Notes under the pieces: generated by a model | Databases searched by the model: none | What the model was told of the DNA's origin: nothing | The model's input: the letters and a program-made list of their open reading frames with translations, nothing else | Assembly (NCBI GenBank): GCA_964016885.1 | Contig: OZ024758.1 | Coordinates: 18,538,001-18,602,000 of the forward strand | Direction: 5' to 3' | DNA length: 64,000 nt | Source: Eledone cirrhosa | Taxonomy: Eukaryota | In this document: in pieces, positions 50,840-61,076 of the stretch | Layout of the letters: every line of letters begins with the position of its first letter | Numbering within the stretch: position 1 is the stretch's first letter | Translations under genes and position numbers: made by a program

Positions 50840-51230
50840 CTAGGGTGGGTAACATTCCCGAGATCCGTGGACGAGTTCTCTCCAGCTGTCTCTGTCCATC
50901 ATTATCGATGCCATGTCCTGCGTCTCCAACAGACCAGTGTCAGTCCTTAGGGCTTCAACATATGTTAACTCTGGTCTTCCTCTTCCAGTGTCTCCATGTA
51001 GGGGCTCCCACAGGAGCACGATGTGCAATGTCAACTATGGATGTCGGTGAGAATGTTCAGCTAACCTCAGACCTCTCTGTGTTACTTTTAAGCTGATTTT
51101 TGGGAGGCTCCCATACAGCTCCAAGTTGTTCATCCTCAGGGTATACTGATTAATGTTCAGAGCCATTCTCAGCATTCTCGTGTGGCACCCATTCACCATC
51201 TGAGTGAGTTTCTTGGTCAGTGTCCAAGTT
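50840..51230 (-). pseudogene. RTE-clade LINE 3' terminal part
   Basis: Minus frame TWTLTKKLTQMVNGCHTRMLRMALNI...LYGSLPKIS...RLAEHSHRHP*...LLWEPLHGDTGRGRPELTYVEALRTDTG...DRDSWR, typical of RTE C-termini. Confidence 0.85.
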
Positions 51231-51600
51231 CCCCGAATCAGTGGAGGATCAGTAACATCGTCCCAGTGCCAAAGAAGGGAGATCTCTCTAACACCAACAA
51301 CTACAGGGGAATCTCACTGGCGTCATGTGTGGCATAGACCGTCAACAGTATGATTCTTAACAGGATCCAGCCTGAGATAGAGAAGAAACTCAGGGACAAC
51401 CAGAACGGCTTCAGAGGGGTAGGGTCAACCACCAGTCACATACTGATGCTGAGGAGGATATTAGAGGGAGCTAAAGCTAAGTGCCTTCCTGCGGTCACAG
51501 TTTTCATTGACTTTAGGAAGGCTCTTGATTCTGTGGACCGTCACTGCCTGATGAAGATCTTACAGCCTTATGGAATCGCCAAGAACATAGTGGACCTGAT
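51231..51600 (+). pseudogene. RTE-clade RT N-terminal domains, inverted relative to the adjacent 3' part
   Basis: PNQWRISNIVPVPKKGDLSNTNNYRGISL...NQNGFRG...STTSHILMLRRILE...FIDFRKALDSVDR...YGI; one stop codon. Confidence 0.88.
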
Positions 51601-52512
51601 ATATATATACGACTGTAAGAAATTAAAAAGGTTATTTATCTCTATTTCCTCATGCCAATGTATTGATAAATTGTACTCATAAATGATCAAACTCAGAGAA
51701 GTAATGTAATATTAAATATAAGTCGTGAATGAATATATGTGCGTGTTCTTGTGTAAATGTACACACCCATATATTTTCACCTCTCATCCTCTTTTTCTTA
51801 TGAGGAAACGCAAATAGTAACCTCACAGAACACTTCAATAACTGATAAATTCTTATTGTAAGGTCTTTGAAAAATAATCGATTAATGGATGTAGTTCAGT
51901 AACTCCTGCGTATATGATAGAATGTGTATTTTACAATGACGATGCATATGACTTGTAAAAATCTGAAATAATACTGAAATTGATTATATCGAATAACCCC
52001 TTTAATGATATGACCCTTATGAAAAGTTAAACATACATAAATATTTTCTTTAGAATATAGCTGCAATACAATATATACTTTTCAGAAATGAATTGAAATT
52101 TATTAATTATATTCTGTTTAATAATATATTAATTTACTCGCCAAGTACTCAATGATTTGAATAAATATTACTAACTAAAAATATACGAGAGTTACATCAT
52201 TTCATCATTTTAATTTCACATATATCACACACAACAATATGACGCACACGCGCGCGCGCACGCTAACACACACACACACACGCACACGCACACACACATA
52301 TATACATATATATATACATATATGTATATATATACATATATATATATACATATATATTTATATATATATTTATTAGGTATAGGATTATCCGAGATGTAGT
52401 AATGGTTAATTACTACACTGGATATGGTTGACGTACGGTAAGAGGTTACTCTACGAGTTATGGAAGAATTGTTGAAGAAACTTAGTTCCTGATCCTTCTG
52501 TATTCCGGAGTG

Positions 52513-52612
52513 TATATAAAGAATGAATAATAACAGGTAGACATCATAAAAAGGTAATTTATTCCGTGTAGCACACGGAATAAATTACCTTTTTATGATG
52601 TTATTATTCATT

Positions 52613-52621
<9 letters not shown>
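52513..52621. repeat. About 50-bp-arm hairpin next to (TA)n
   Basis: tatataaagaatgaataataaca..tcataaaaaggtaatttattccgtgt-agc-acacggaataaattacctttttatgatgttattattcattctttatata. Confidence 0.85.
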
Positions 52622-52661
<40 letters not shown>

Positions 52662-53164
52662 GATAGATAGGTAAATATACACGAGTGTGTATGATTGTGT
52701 ATAGAAGTTTATATTAATAAGAGGAATTCCAACTTTGTCTGATTTACTCGTTTTATTTACAATCCTTTAAAATATATAATGGTATTATAATGAAATAGTA
52801 TGATAGAATATTAAATTCTAAGTGTTAATTGAACAAGTACTTTCATGCTTTCGCAATCTTCAGGTTCATAATATGTGGTGACAGTCAAATTTGCAATTTT
52901 CAACTGTAATAAGATGAGTACATTTCCTACCTTTTATACATTTCATACAGAGAAAAGTGGCTCCAGAATGCTAAGCCCTGTAAACTGTATTTCGACCAAT
53001 CAGTGTGTAGTTTCACTGAATTACTAAAGTTGATTGGTTTAAGCGTCACGGCTGGTTGAGCATGTCGAACGACCAATAATCATATCCAAAGCATCAATTG
53101 TTTTGCTATTTTTAGAAATGATGAAAATAGCATTTTCTATTAATCATCACCATCAACATCACTT

Positions 53165-53272
53165 TTATTATTATTATTAATTATTATTATTATTGTTATT
53201 ATTATTATTATTATTGTTATTATTATTATTATAATTGTCATTATTGTTAGTATTATTATTATTATTATTATT
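53165..53272. repeat. (ATT)n array, 5' flank of the Tx1-like element
   Basis: Direct reading. Confidence 0.95.
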
Positions 53273-53481
53273 GACGAAAGTGGATGTACGTTTTTTGAAG
53301 CTCCGTGAGTAAGCAATTTTTGAGGATTAATTGTAGAGAATTGTTTATTTTTTGTACCGCTGAAGCATTATAAGACATTAATTTGTATCCTGTGAAGGAA
53401 TAACTCATAATATTTGGGCCTTTTGGCCCAAATATTTGAACTTTATTTTGAAAAAAATAATAATTTTTTTCTCAAAAAAAC

Positions 53482-55344
53482 ATGGCGGAGCCACGCCCCC
53501 TAGAGGCGGGTCTGCTGTCGTGCAACGGCGACTTGAGCGTTGAGAGGAGAGGTGAGGCGAGGAGCGCCACCAGCACGAATGTGAGCAGCGACAGTGCCAG
53601 CACCAACGGGCCGAGCGGCGCGGAAGGTGGTAACAACGACAACACCAACACCAACAAGCCGAACAGCGCAGAAGGTGGTAATAGCGAGAGCACCAACAAG
53701 GCCAACAGCACAGAAGGTAACCACGACACAGGGGAGAACAACAACAGCAATAGCAGCAGCAACACCAACAAGAACAACAACAGTGACAACACCAACAAGA
53801 ACACTTTCGCTGCTGTGGCAGCGGCTAAAAGGAGACCATGCTACAGCATCGACTTAACCAACAGAGAGGAAAAGTTGGCCCAGGCCTGGAAAATCATAAA
53901 CCAAGAGCAGACCTGGGCAAACTTAACTGTCCCGGCAGAAGCCATTGAGGCAGTGGAAAAAAGAACGGTGCATTTCAGATGCATCTCAGTAGAGACAAAG
54001 AGGGCAGCGATAATCGCCCAAGCTGACATAGAAGCCGCACTGAAATACATCAGAGAGGACACAGACTTCATAGAGAGGGGCAGGCAATACGGCACCGTTT
54101 CGGTGCTGTTCAAGTCTGAAGCCCTCGCTGTGAAGCATTCAATGACCCCTTGCAAAACCAGCAAGGTCATAATGTACCCCTCCCACATGGGAAAACGAAT
54201 AGCACGTGTGCGCATTCCCAGGATTCCACCAGGACTTGATATGTGGTGGCTCCTGGGTTGCGTAATCGTGGAAGGAACGGATACAGTCCCGGTAGAGGCA
54301 ACGAGAACTGCCAGGGACGACTGGTCCGGGGTTGATCTGGAGATACTGCTCCAAATCAGACCCGAAAACGTAAAAACAATCCCGGACCACATCCGCCTCC
54401 AAAACGGGAGGGTGTTGCATATAATGACTGAGGGCAAAAGGCCGCATTGTTTCCTTTGTGGGGAAACGACACACTTGCGAGCCTTCTGCCCTCAACTGCC
54501 GAAAAGCGCAAGGGGTCGAAAGATTCCACTGCTGGCGACGCCGGGACAAGGACCACCAGCAACACCGTCAACAATGGAACCACCAAAATTGCACACCCAG
54601 GGGGGAAACGAGGAAAGCTCTCCCATTCCCCCTCCCCCCCAAAATACACACACGAACAAGAACATAAACACTCACTCAGACACAAACACGCTCACAGCCA
54701 CAGACCCCTCATCCTCCAGCAGTGAAGATGAGGGAAAACCAAAGTCCCCCAAAATACAAAAAACAAAACACAAAAAAAAAAGAAATCCACAAAGCACAAA
54801 CACCCCCACAAAAGAAAATACACACACCACCCACACAAACATTTTCCCCACAGCATCACCAACACAACCACCAAAATCCCCCAAACGCAAACAAGCTAAA
54901 CAGACACAAGAACAAATAGACACACAAACATCAGAAACTACAGACACCCCACCCACAACAAACGCAGACACAATAGAAACAACACTAACAAAGCTATCAC
55001 CACCACAATCACACGAACAAATAAAACCCGAGCAACAAAACATTAAAAACTTCGTGCTTGCCAGAAGGGCCAACAAGGAATTGATGGCCCATGTAGCACG
55101 AAGCACAAACATCGAAAAAGACGGGGAAACATTTGAAGCGAGCACATTTCGCGTACCAGATAATTTGCTTCTGATGCGAATGTCGCTCGCTTCATACAAA
55201 GAAATTCGAAAGAGCTTTCCTCGGGATGTGGGAACCCCGAACGTAAAACCCACGTCAAGACTATTAAAGGGGTTCCCAAAAGAAACCCCACAAACCATGG
55301 AGGTCGAACCACCCGACCTTCACAAGACCCCGGAAGGTAAGTAA
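53482..55344 (+). CDS. ORF1, gag-like nucleic-acid-binding protein (620 aa)
   Basis: CCHC knuckle CFLCGETTHLRAFC (CX2CX4HX4C), N/S-rich N-terminus, P/T/K-rich linker; start context aaacATGG. Confidence 0.9.
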   Translation: MAEPRPLEAGLLSCNGDLSVERRGEARSATSTNVSSDSASTNGPSGAEGGNNDNTNTNKPNSAEGGNSESTNKANSTEGNHDTGENNNSNSSSNTNKNNNSDNTNKNTFAAVAAAKRRPCYSIDLTNREEKLAQAWKIINQEQTWANLTVPAEAIEAVEKRTVHFRCISVETKRAAIIAQADIEAALKYIREDTDFIERGRQYGTVSVLFKSEALAVKHSMTPCKTSKVIMYPSHMGKRIARVRIPRIPPGLDMWWLLGCVIVEGTDTVPVEATRTARDDWSGVDLEILLQIRPENVKTIPDHIRLQNGRVLHIMTEGKRPHCFLCGETTHLRAFCPQLPKSARGRKIPLLATPGQGPPATPSTMEPPKLHTQGGNEESSPIPPPPQNTHTNKNINTHSDTNTLTATDPSSSSSEDEGKPKSPKIQKTKHKKKRNPQSTNTPTKENTHTTHTNIFPTASPTQPPKSPKRKQAKQTQEQIDTQTSETTDTPPTTNADTIETTLTKLSPPQSHEQIKPEQQNIKNFVLARRANKELMAHVARSTNIEKDGETFEASTFRVPDNLLLMRMSLASYKEIRKSFPRDVGTPNVKPTSRLLKGFPKETPQTMEVEPPDLHKTPEGK

Positions 55345-55373
55345 ACCTTTCCTCTCCCATTCATCCTGCCAGC

Positions 55374-58300
55374 ATGGCCATAAGAGTAGGAAGTTTAAAT
55401 GTTCGTGGCCTGGGGTCGCCCTGGAAGCAAGGTCACTTGCTCAACGACCTCAGGTCACTAGGAATGGATGTAATTGCCATCAGCGAGACCAGAATTTCCG
55501 ACACACGCGCACTGGCGCCGATTTTCGACGATTATCAGATCTTTGCATCTGTTAGTCGGCCGGGAATGGGAGGTGGAGTGGCTGTGCTGTTTAGGAAATG
55601 TCTGGATCTCGAGGTAAGGTCAATCTTCCGGGATCCTGACGGAAAGTTGGTGGTCCTGGACGTGAGCAATAGCGAAGGTGGTGCCTTTAGACTGGTGGCC
55701 GTCTACGCCCCTACTGGGGCCGGTCGGCCGGACTTCTTTAGGCGCCTGGAAAACTTTCTGCTTACGTCTCGCCCTTTACTGTTAATAGGGGATTGGAATG
55801 GCATCTTAGAAGCACGCTGGGATTGTGTGGGAGTATCTGATAGGAGCGGGGGGTGCAAAAGCCTCAAGTACCTGATCAGCCAGTTTCAACTGTCTGACAG
55901 GTACCGACTAGATTTCCCTAATGCGCCAGTATGGACCTGGACCAATCGCATAGGGTCATCTAGATCGTACATAGATAGGATTTTCATTAGGAAAAGAGAT
56001 AGAAATAGTGTAGGATGTCCACATTTTAAAACGGTTGCCTATTCAGATCACAAGCTTGTGATCTGTATGGTCGACCTAGATAAGACACGTAGGTTAGGAC
56101 CTAGCTACTGGAAGCTAAACATGTCGTTTCCGGCACGTAAAGCTTACAGGGACCGGGTCAACAACTTAGTTAAGCAAAAGTTGACAGGGGGGGTTGTCAA
56201 CAACAGGTGGTGGGGGGCACTCAAAAGAGAGATTAGAGCAACCTCGATAGGATTTAGCAAAGAAGTAGCAATAGAGAAAAATAGAAAGGAGGAGGGGCTG
56301 ATAGCTAAGTTAGACGAGGCTATTTGTAGTGGCATTGCAACAGACGTGCTAGCGGCGAGAATGGCACTAGACCATTTCTTCAATGCGAAACACGAAGGTT
56401 GCATTGTCAGAGCTAAGGCGCGTGCTCTGAGGAACGAGGGAACCAAAGCTGCCCGATGGGCTCGCTTTGCAGAGACGCAGCGTGGAAATAAAACCACAAT
56501 TCGGTCTTTGACGGATCGAGATGGACACGAACTGAGCGATTCCAAGCGGATGTGTGAGGCCTTTCGCCAGCACTTTGCTCGATTGTTCGGGAGGATGGGT
56601 GAGTCGGAGATGGCGGCGGACTTCAGTCCCTACCTCGACGGCTTGCCACGCCTCTCGACGGCCGACGCTGAGCGCTGCGAAGAGCCGATAACATCAGCCG
56701 AAATTCAGGACGCCCTTGTCGGCTGCTCGAGTCGCAAGTCACCCGGTTTGGATGGTCTGCCCTACGAGCTTTACGTAAATATGCCAGACTTGTTCTCCGA
56801 TCTCCTCGAAGCGCTCTACTGCAACTGGCAGCAGAACGGGAGCATTCCCAGTTCTGTGAGCCGTGGCGTAGTGACGCTGATAAGGAAAGACGAGAACAAG
56901 AGGGACACACTAGATAATTTCAGGCCCATAACCCTGCTCAACACAGAGTTTAAGATTTTGGCCAAGGTGTTAGCGAAAAGGTTGGCGCTTGTCGTCAAAG
57001 ATTTGGTTGGGGAGGCGCAAACTTGCGCAATCCCGACCAGGTCCATACACGACAACCTCCACCTCATGCGATACATCATAGAGAGGGTTGGGTGCAAACC
57101 TGGCTTCGGTGGGGCTCTGATCAATTTAGATCAATCGAAAGCATTCGATAGGGTCGACCATCGGTACTTGGAGGCTGTCCTCGAGGCGGCTGGCTTCGGC
57201 CCCGTCTTCAGAAGCTGGATCGCTGCAATGTACAGCGGCATCCGCTCGGTGGTCAAAGTTAATGGCCACCTCTCGGAACCGTTTCAGATCTCTCGATCGG
57301 TCCGTCAAGGGTGCCCTCTCTCCTCACTTCTGTACGTATTGACTCTTGAGCCTCTACTGCGGAAGCTGGAGTTGTTGCAGGGCATCCCGCTCGAACCGGG
57401 ACGTAGAAAGGCTGCGTCCGCTTATGCGGACGACATCACCGTGATGGTGTCGGACACCTCGGAAATCGAGGTGATCCGCACCCATTTGGAGGAATATGAA
57501 AGGTTGACGGGAGCAAAACTTAACCCGGAAAAGTCGGTGGGCTTGCAGCTCGGCACCTGGAGAGGCAAGTCCATGCCGTCCAACAGCGTCGTTGGGCGCT
57601 GGACAGACGGACCGGTAAAGTTGCTCGGGGTTTGGTTCGGACCAGACCTCCAGGTGGATAAGAATTGGGACGAGGTGACGAGCAGGATAGCCAACCTCAC
57701 CCAGAAATGGGCTGAGAGAAAGCTATCACTGAAAGGGCGGGCGGAGGTGGCGAACGCGTACATCGCGTCCGTCATCTACTACCGCCTGACCGTCGTGCCT
57801 TGCCCCCGTCCACGCCTCGCCAATTTGGAACGGCTCCTTTTCAAATTTTTGTGGAGGGGACAGGTCCCGTTGGTGAGGCGGTCCATCTGCTGCCAGCACC
57901 CTCTTCGTGGAGGGCTGGGCATGCCGTGGCTAATGATGCGCAGACATGCGCTGAGGCTGCGACATCTCCAGATATTTTGCCTAAACGGTGAACAGGTGTG
58001 GTCGCCGTTTGTTAGACGGGCCTTTCCGCAGCTCATCTCTTTGACTGAGCTGCAGTCCTGGGTCAAGAAGAGACCGAGACTGGGCGACTGGCATCTGGAA
58101 TGTTGCCAGGCGCTCACTGCACTCTGCAAGGTGGGCAATGCGGTCAGTGGAACTTCCACTCAAGATTTCTATAGAGGATTAGTGGAGGGCAAGTGCGATG
58201 ACGTACTAGGAGAGGCTCTGGGCGTCAACGAAGTAGAACTGACCAGTATGTTCCGGAGGACTTTCGAGCCGGGGACGATGGATAACTTCCAGAAATCCCT

Positions 58301-58793
58301 CGCTTGGCAGTGCTACCGGGGGGCGCTGCCGGTTCGGGATAAACTCTACAGGCACGGAAGTGCTGTCAGACGAACCTGCCCGAGATGCGCGCAGAGCGAC
58401 GAAACCGTTCTGCACGCACTCGTCCAGTGTCCGTGCATTGCTGACTTGTGGGGTTATGTCGAACAGCTATTGTCGCGTGTAGAACGGATCCGGCTATCGT
58501 CCGAGTCCATAGTGAAGATTGACCCGCCGCCTTCTTTTGGTCAGGAAGGGCAGGCAATTTTCCTCTGCCTGGTGGCAGTAGCGAAAGAGGTTGCATGGTG
58601 GACCAGGTTGAAAGGACTGAAGACAGACACTTTTCTCTTCGGCCAATCCCTCATCAACTTCTTCAAGTTTCACTTGGAAAGGAAGGTGAGGGTGGAGAGA
58701 GAAGTGCTGCCCCCCAGTACATTTACTGAAAGGTGGGTGAATGTGGCGAGAATGGCCCGCGTGAGTGGGCCTACTCTGATCATGCGCCTGTAG
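55374..58793 (+). CDS. ORF2: AP-like endonuclease, reverse transcriptase and C-terminal zinc finger (1139 aa)
   Basis: APE motifs SLNVRGL, ISET, VYAP, GDWN, IDRIF, SDH; YWKLN; RT motifs KSPGLDGLP, FRPITLLN, LDQSKAFDRV, VRQGCPLS, YADD; C-terminal CPRC...ETVLHALVQC. Confidence 0.97.
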   Translation: MAIRVGSLNVRGLGSPWKQGHLLNDLRSLGMDVIAISETRISDTRALAPIFDDYQIFASVSRPGMGGGVAVLFRKCLDLEVRSIFRDPDGKLVVLDVSNSEGGAFRLVAVYAPTGAGRPDFFRRLENFLLTSRPLLLIGDWNGILEARWDCVGVSDRSGGCKSLKYLISQFQLSDRYRLDFPNAPVWTWTNRIGSSRSYIDRIFIRKRDRNSVGCPHFKTVAYSDHKLVICMVDLDKTRRLGPSYWKLNMSFPARKAYRDRVNNLVKQKLTGGVVNNRWWGALKREIRATSIGFSKEVAIEKNRKEEGLIAKLDEAICSGIATDVLAARMALDHFFNAKHEGCIVRAKARALRNEGTKAARWARFAETQRGNKTTIRSLTDRDGHELSDSKRMCEAFRQHFARLFGRMGESEMAADFSPYLDGLPRLSTADAERCEEPITSAEIQDALVGCSSRKSPGLDGLPYELYVNMPDLFSDLLEALYCNWQQNGSIPSSVSRGVVTLIRKDENKRDTLDNFRPITLLNTEFKILAKVLAKRLALVVKDLVGEAQTCAIPTRSIHDNLHLMRYIIERVGCKPGFGGALINLDQSKAFDRVDHRYLEAVLEAAGFGPVFRSWIAAMYSGIRSVVKVNGHLSEPFQISRSVRQGCPLSSLLYVLTLEPLLRKLELLQGIPLEPGRRKAASAYADDITVMVSDTSEIEVIRTHLEEYERLTGAKLNPEKSVGLQLGTWRGKSMPSNSVVGRWTDGPVKLLGVWFGPDLQVDKNWDEVTSRIANLTQKWAERKLSLKGRAEVANAYIASVIYYRLTVVPCPRPRLANLERLLFKFLWRGQVPLVRRSICCQHPLRGGLGMPWLMMRRHALRLRHLQIFCLNGEQVWSPFVRRAFPQLISLTELQSWVKKRPRLGDWHLECCQALTALCKVGNAVSGTSTQDFYRGLVEGKCDDVLGEALGVNEVELTSMFRRTFEPGTMDNFQKSLAWQCYRGALPVRDKLYRHGSAVRRTCPRCAQSDETVLHALVQCPCIADLWGYVEQLLSRVERIRLSSESIVKIDPPPSFGQEGQAIFLCLVAVAKEVAWWTRLKGLKTDTFLFGQSLINFFKFHLERKVRVEREVLPPSTFTERWVNVARMARVSGPTLIMRL

Positions 58794-59100
58794 GCTGGTG
58801 AATTCGAGAAGGAGAGGGGTGCCCTTCCCGGGTGCCCTAGGAGCGTCGGGTGGCTCAGGACTGGTGGGGTGCTTGAGTCAACCCTGGGTGGTGATCCCTC
58901 TTATTGGGGAACTTTCATTGTTGTATTTTTATTGTTATTTTGTTTTTTTGTTATTTATACTTACTCGATCTCTATGTAAACCCCCACTGTCCCTGTCTAT
59001 TGTGTTGTCCCCTATATGTCGGCCCTTGTGGCCAATAAATGAAATCATTATTATTATTATTATTATTATTATTGTTAGTATTGTTATTATTATTGTTGTT

Positions 59101-60817
59101 ATTCCTTGAATCTCAGTCATTGATGTTGGTTAACTGGAAAGTCCGTTGGATTGAATATCAAGCCACTACCTGCAGCCTCAGATATTCAGGACGTATCGGA
59201 GGGTTTTTGCTGTTCCAAGCAAGCATGCCTTTTGAAGCGTTCCAAAAAGCGTGAAGGGGCCGATTTTCTTTAACCATCCCTGGAAACTTTTGGAGATAGT
59301 CCCCAGTGCGCCTATGACAATCGGGATCACTTTGACTTCATAGCAGTTCCAAATCCTTTTCACCTCCCACTTTAGGTCCTGGTATCGGTTAATTTTCTCC
59401 CTCTCCTTCTCTTGCACTCTCGTGTCGAACGGGCAGGCCACATCCACAATCAGACACGATCTTTTTTCTTTGTCCACAACCACCAGGTCAGGTCTATTGT
59501 GTTTCAGTTTTTTGTCCGTCTGTATCCTAAAATCCCACAGCAACTTCACCTGATCGTTCTCCATCACCGCCTCTGGCCTATGCTCATACCATTTCTCAGA
59601 ATGTGGTAAATTGTTTACTTTGCACAGGTGCCAGTGGATCACCCTGCCCATCACATCGTGTCTCCAGCCCTTGTAGTGGGTCTGGGCTAGGTGTTTACAC
59701 TCGGACACAATGTGAGCCACAGTCTCCTCTTTCTCTCCACAGATCCTGCACAGTGGGCTAGCCTCCTCCTTGTAAATATGGTGCTTCAACCACTTCGTTT
59801 TGAGGGCCTGCTCCTGCGCAGCCATTAGCATTCCTTCTGTAGCCTTTTTGAGGTCTGCTCTTCTCAACCAGTTCCATGTCTGTGGATCTCTAAATTCAGT
59901 TTTCTCAAAGAAGGTACTATGAAGGGATTTTCCCTTAAGGCTGCTCTTCCTCCTTGATGTTATTTCCTCCTTGGACATCCCCTGGCCTACTGTCCCCTCC
60001 TTCAGTACAGTTCTGAGCATTGGCTCCTTACTATAGGTCACGTATTTGTATAGGTTGTTTTTCTCCATCTGAACACAGTACTCTATGCTGATAAGACATC
60101 TTCCACCCTCAGATCTCCTTAGGTAGAGTCTATCGACATCACTCCTCTTGTGGAACATGTTGTAGATAGTCAATAGCTTCCTAGTCTTCCTATCCATTTC
60201 TTTTTGTTCAGCAACATTCCATCTCAGAATTCCCGCACTGTACCTAATAATAGACACAGCTCGGGAATTTACTGCGCTTATGGCATTTCTGCTGTTCAGA
60301 TGTGACTTCAATACGCTCCTTATTCTCCGAATGTATTCAGTTCTTAACAATTCCTTCATTTTTTTGTTCTTTATGCCATCAGCCTCCAGAACGCCCAAAT
60401 ACTTGTATCCTTCCTCAGAGTCAATTTCCTTTATCATCTCACCTGTTGGTATCTGGATCCCGTTACTTCTGCTCAACCTACCCCTCCTCATCACAATGAC
60501 TCCACATTTACCAATACCAAACTGCATACATATATCACTGCTGAAAATACGGACAGTGTCAACAAGCACATCCAACTCCTTCTCACTTTTCCCGAAGAGC
60601 TTAAGATCGTCCATGAAGAGGAGGTGATTGATGGTAAGCTCTCCCCTTCCCAACTTGTATCCTGCTCTCACTTTTCGCAGCATAATGGTCAAGGGCATCA
60701 GGGCAAGGACAAACCACAGAGGGGACAGGCTATCTCCCTGGAAGATACCTCTCTTGATCTTCACGCTTCCCAAGGATACTCCAGTTGATGTCAACTCTGT
60801 CTCCCAGGACCTCATAC
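59101..60817 (-). mobile_element. 5'-truncated R4/Dong-clade non-LTR retrotransposon (RT, CCHC and restriction-like endonuclease)
   Basis: Frame is open to the stop at 59178; 3'UTR 59101-59177; (TAA)n-type repeats on both sides. Confidence 0.9.
59178..60817 (-). CDS. Partial ORF: RT C-terminal half, zinc finger and PD-(D/E)XK RLE
   Basis: GIFQGDSLSPLWF, HLLFMDDLKLF, YKYLGV, CRICGEKEETVAHIVSEC, RHD, RPDLVVVD...IVDVACP...KEREKINRYQDL; the listed start at 60869 lies in flanking repeat and is not genuine. Confidence 0.88.
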
Positions 60818-60850
60818 TTATTATTATTATTGTTATTATTGTTATCGTTA

Positions 60851-61076
60851 TTCCTTGAATCTCAGTCATTGATGTTGGTTAACTGGAAAGTCCGTTGGAT
60901 TGAATATCAAGCCACTACCTGCAGCCTCAGATATTCAGGACGTATCGGAGGGTTCTTGCTGTTCCAAGCAAGCATGCCTTTTGAAGCGTTCCAAAAAGCG
61001 TGAAGGGGCCGATTTTCTTTAACCATCCCTGGAAACTTTTGGAGATAGTCCCCAGTGCGCCTATGACAATCGGGAT
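60851..61076 (-). mobile_element. Second, 226-bp 3'-terminal copy of the same R4/Dong element
   Basis: Essentially identical to 59102-59327 (one substitution seen by eye). Confidence 0.92.

Larger units (their letters stand above)
53273..59046 (+). mobile_element. Full-length Tx1/L1-clade non-LTR retrotransposon inserted in (ATT)n
   Basis: 5'UTR, two uninterrupted ORFs, 3'UTR ending ggcccttgtggccAATAAAtgaaatc; (ATT)n on both sides. Confidence 0.93.

Noticed and set aside
55337-55372. Mini-intron fusing ORF1 to ORF2
   Set aside because: 36 nt is too short for typical animal introns and removal leaves ORF2 out of frame
53472-58596. Many antisense or alternate-frame ORFs inside the Tx1 element
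   Set aside because: Shadows of GC-richer coding sequence; no motifs
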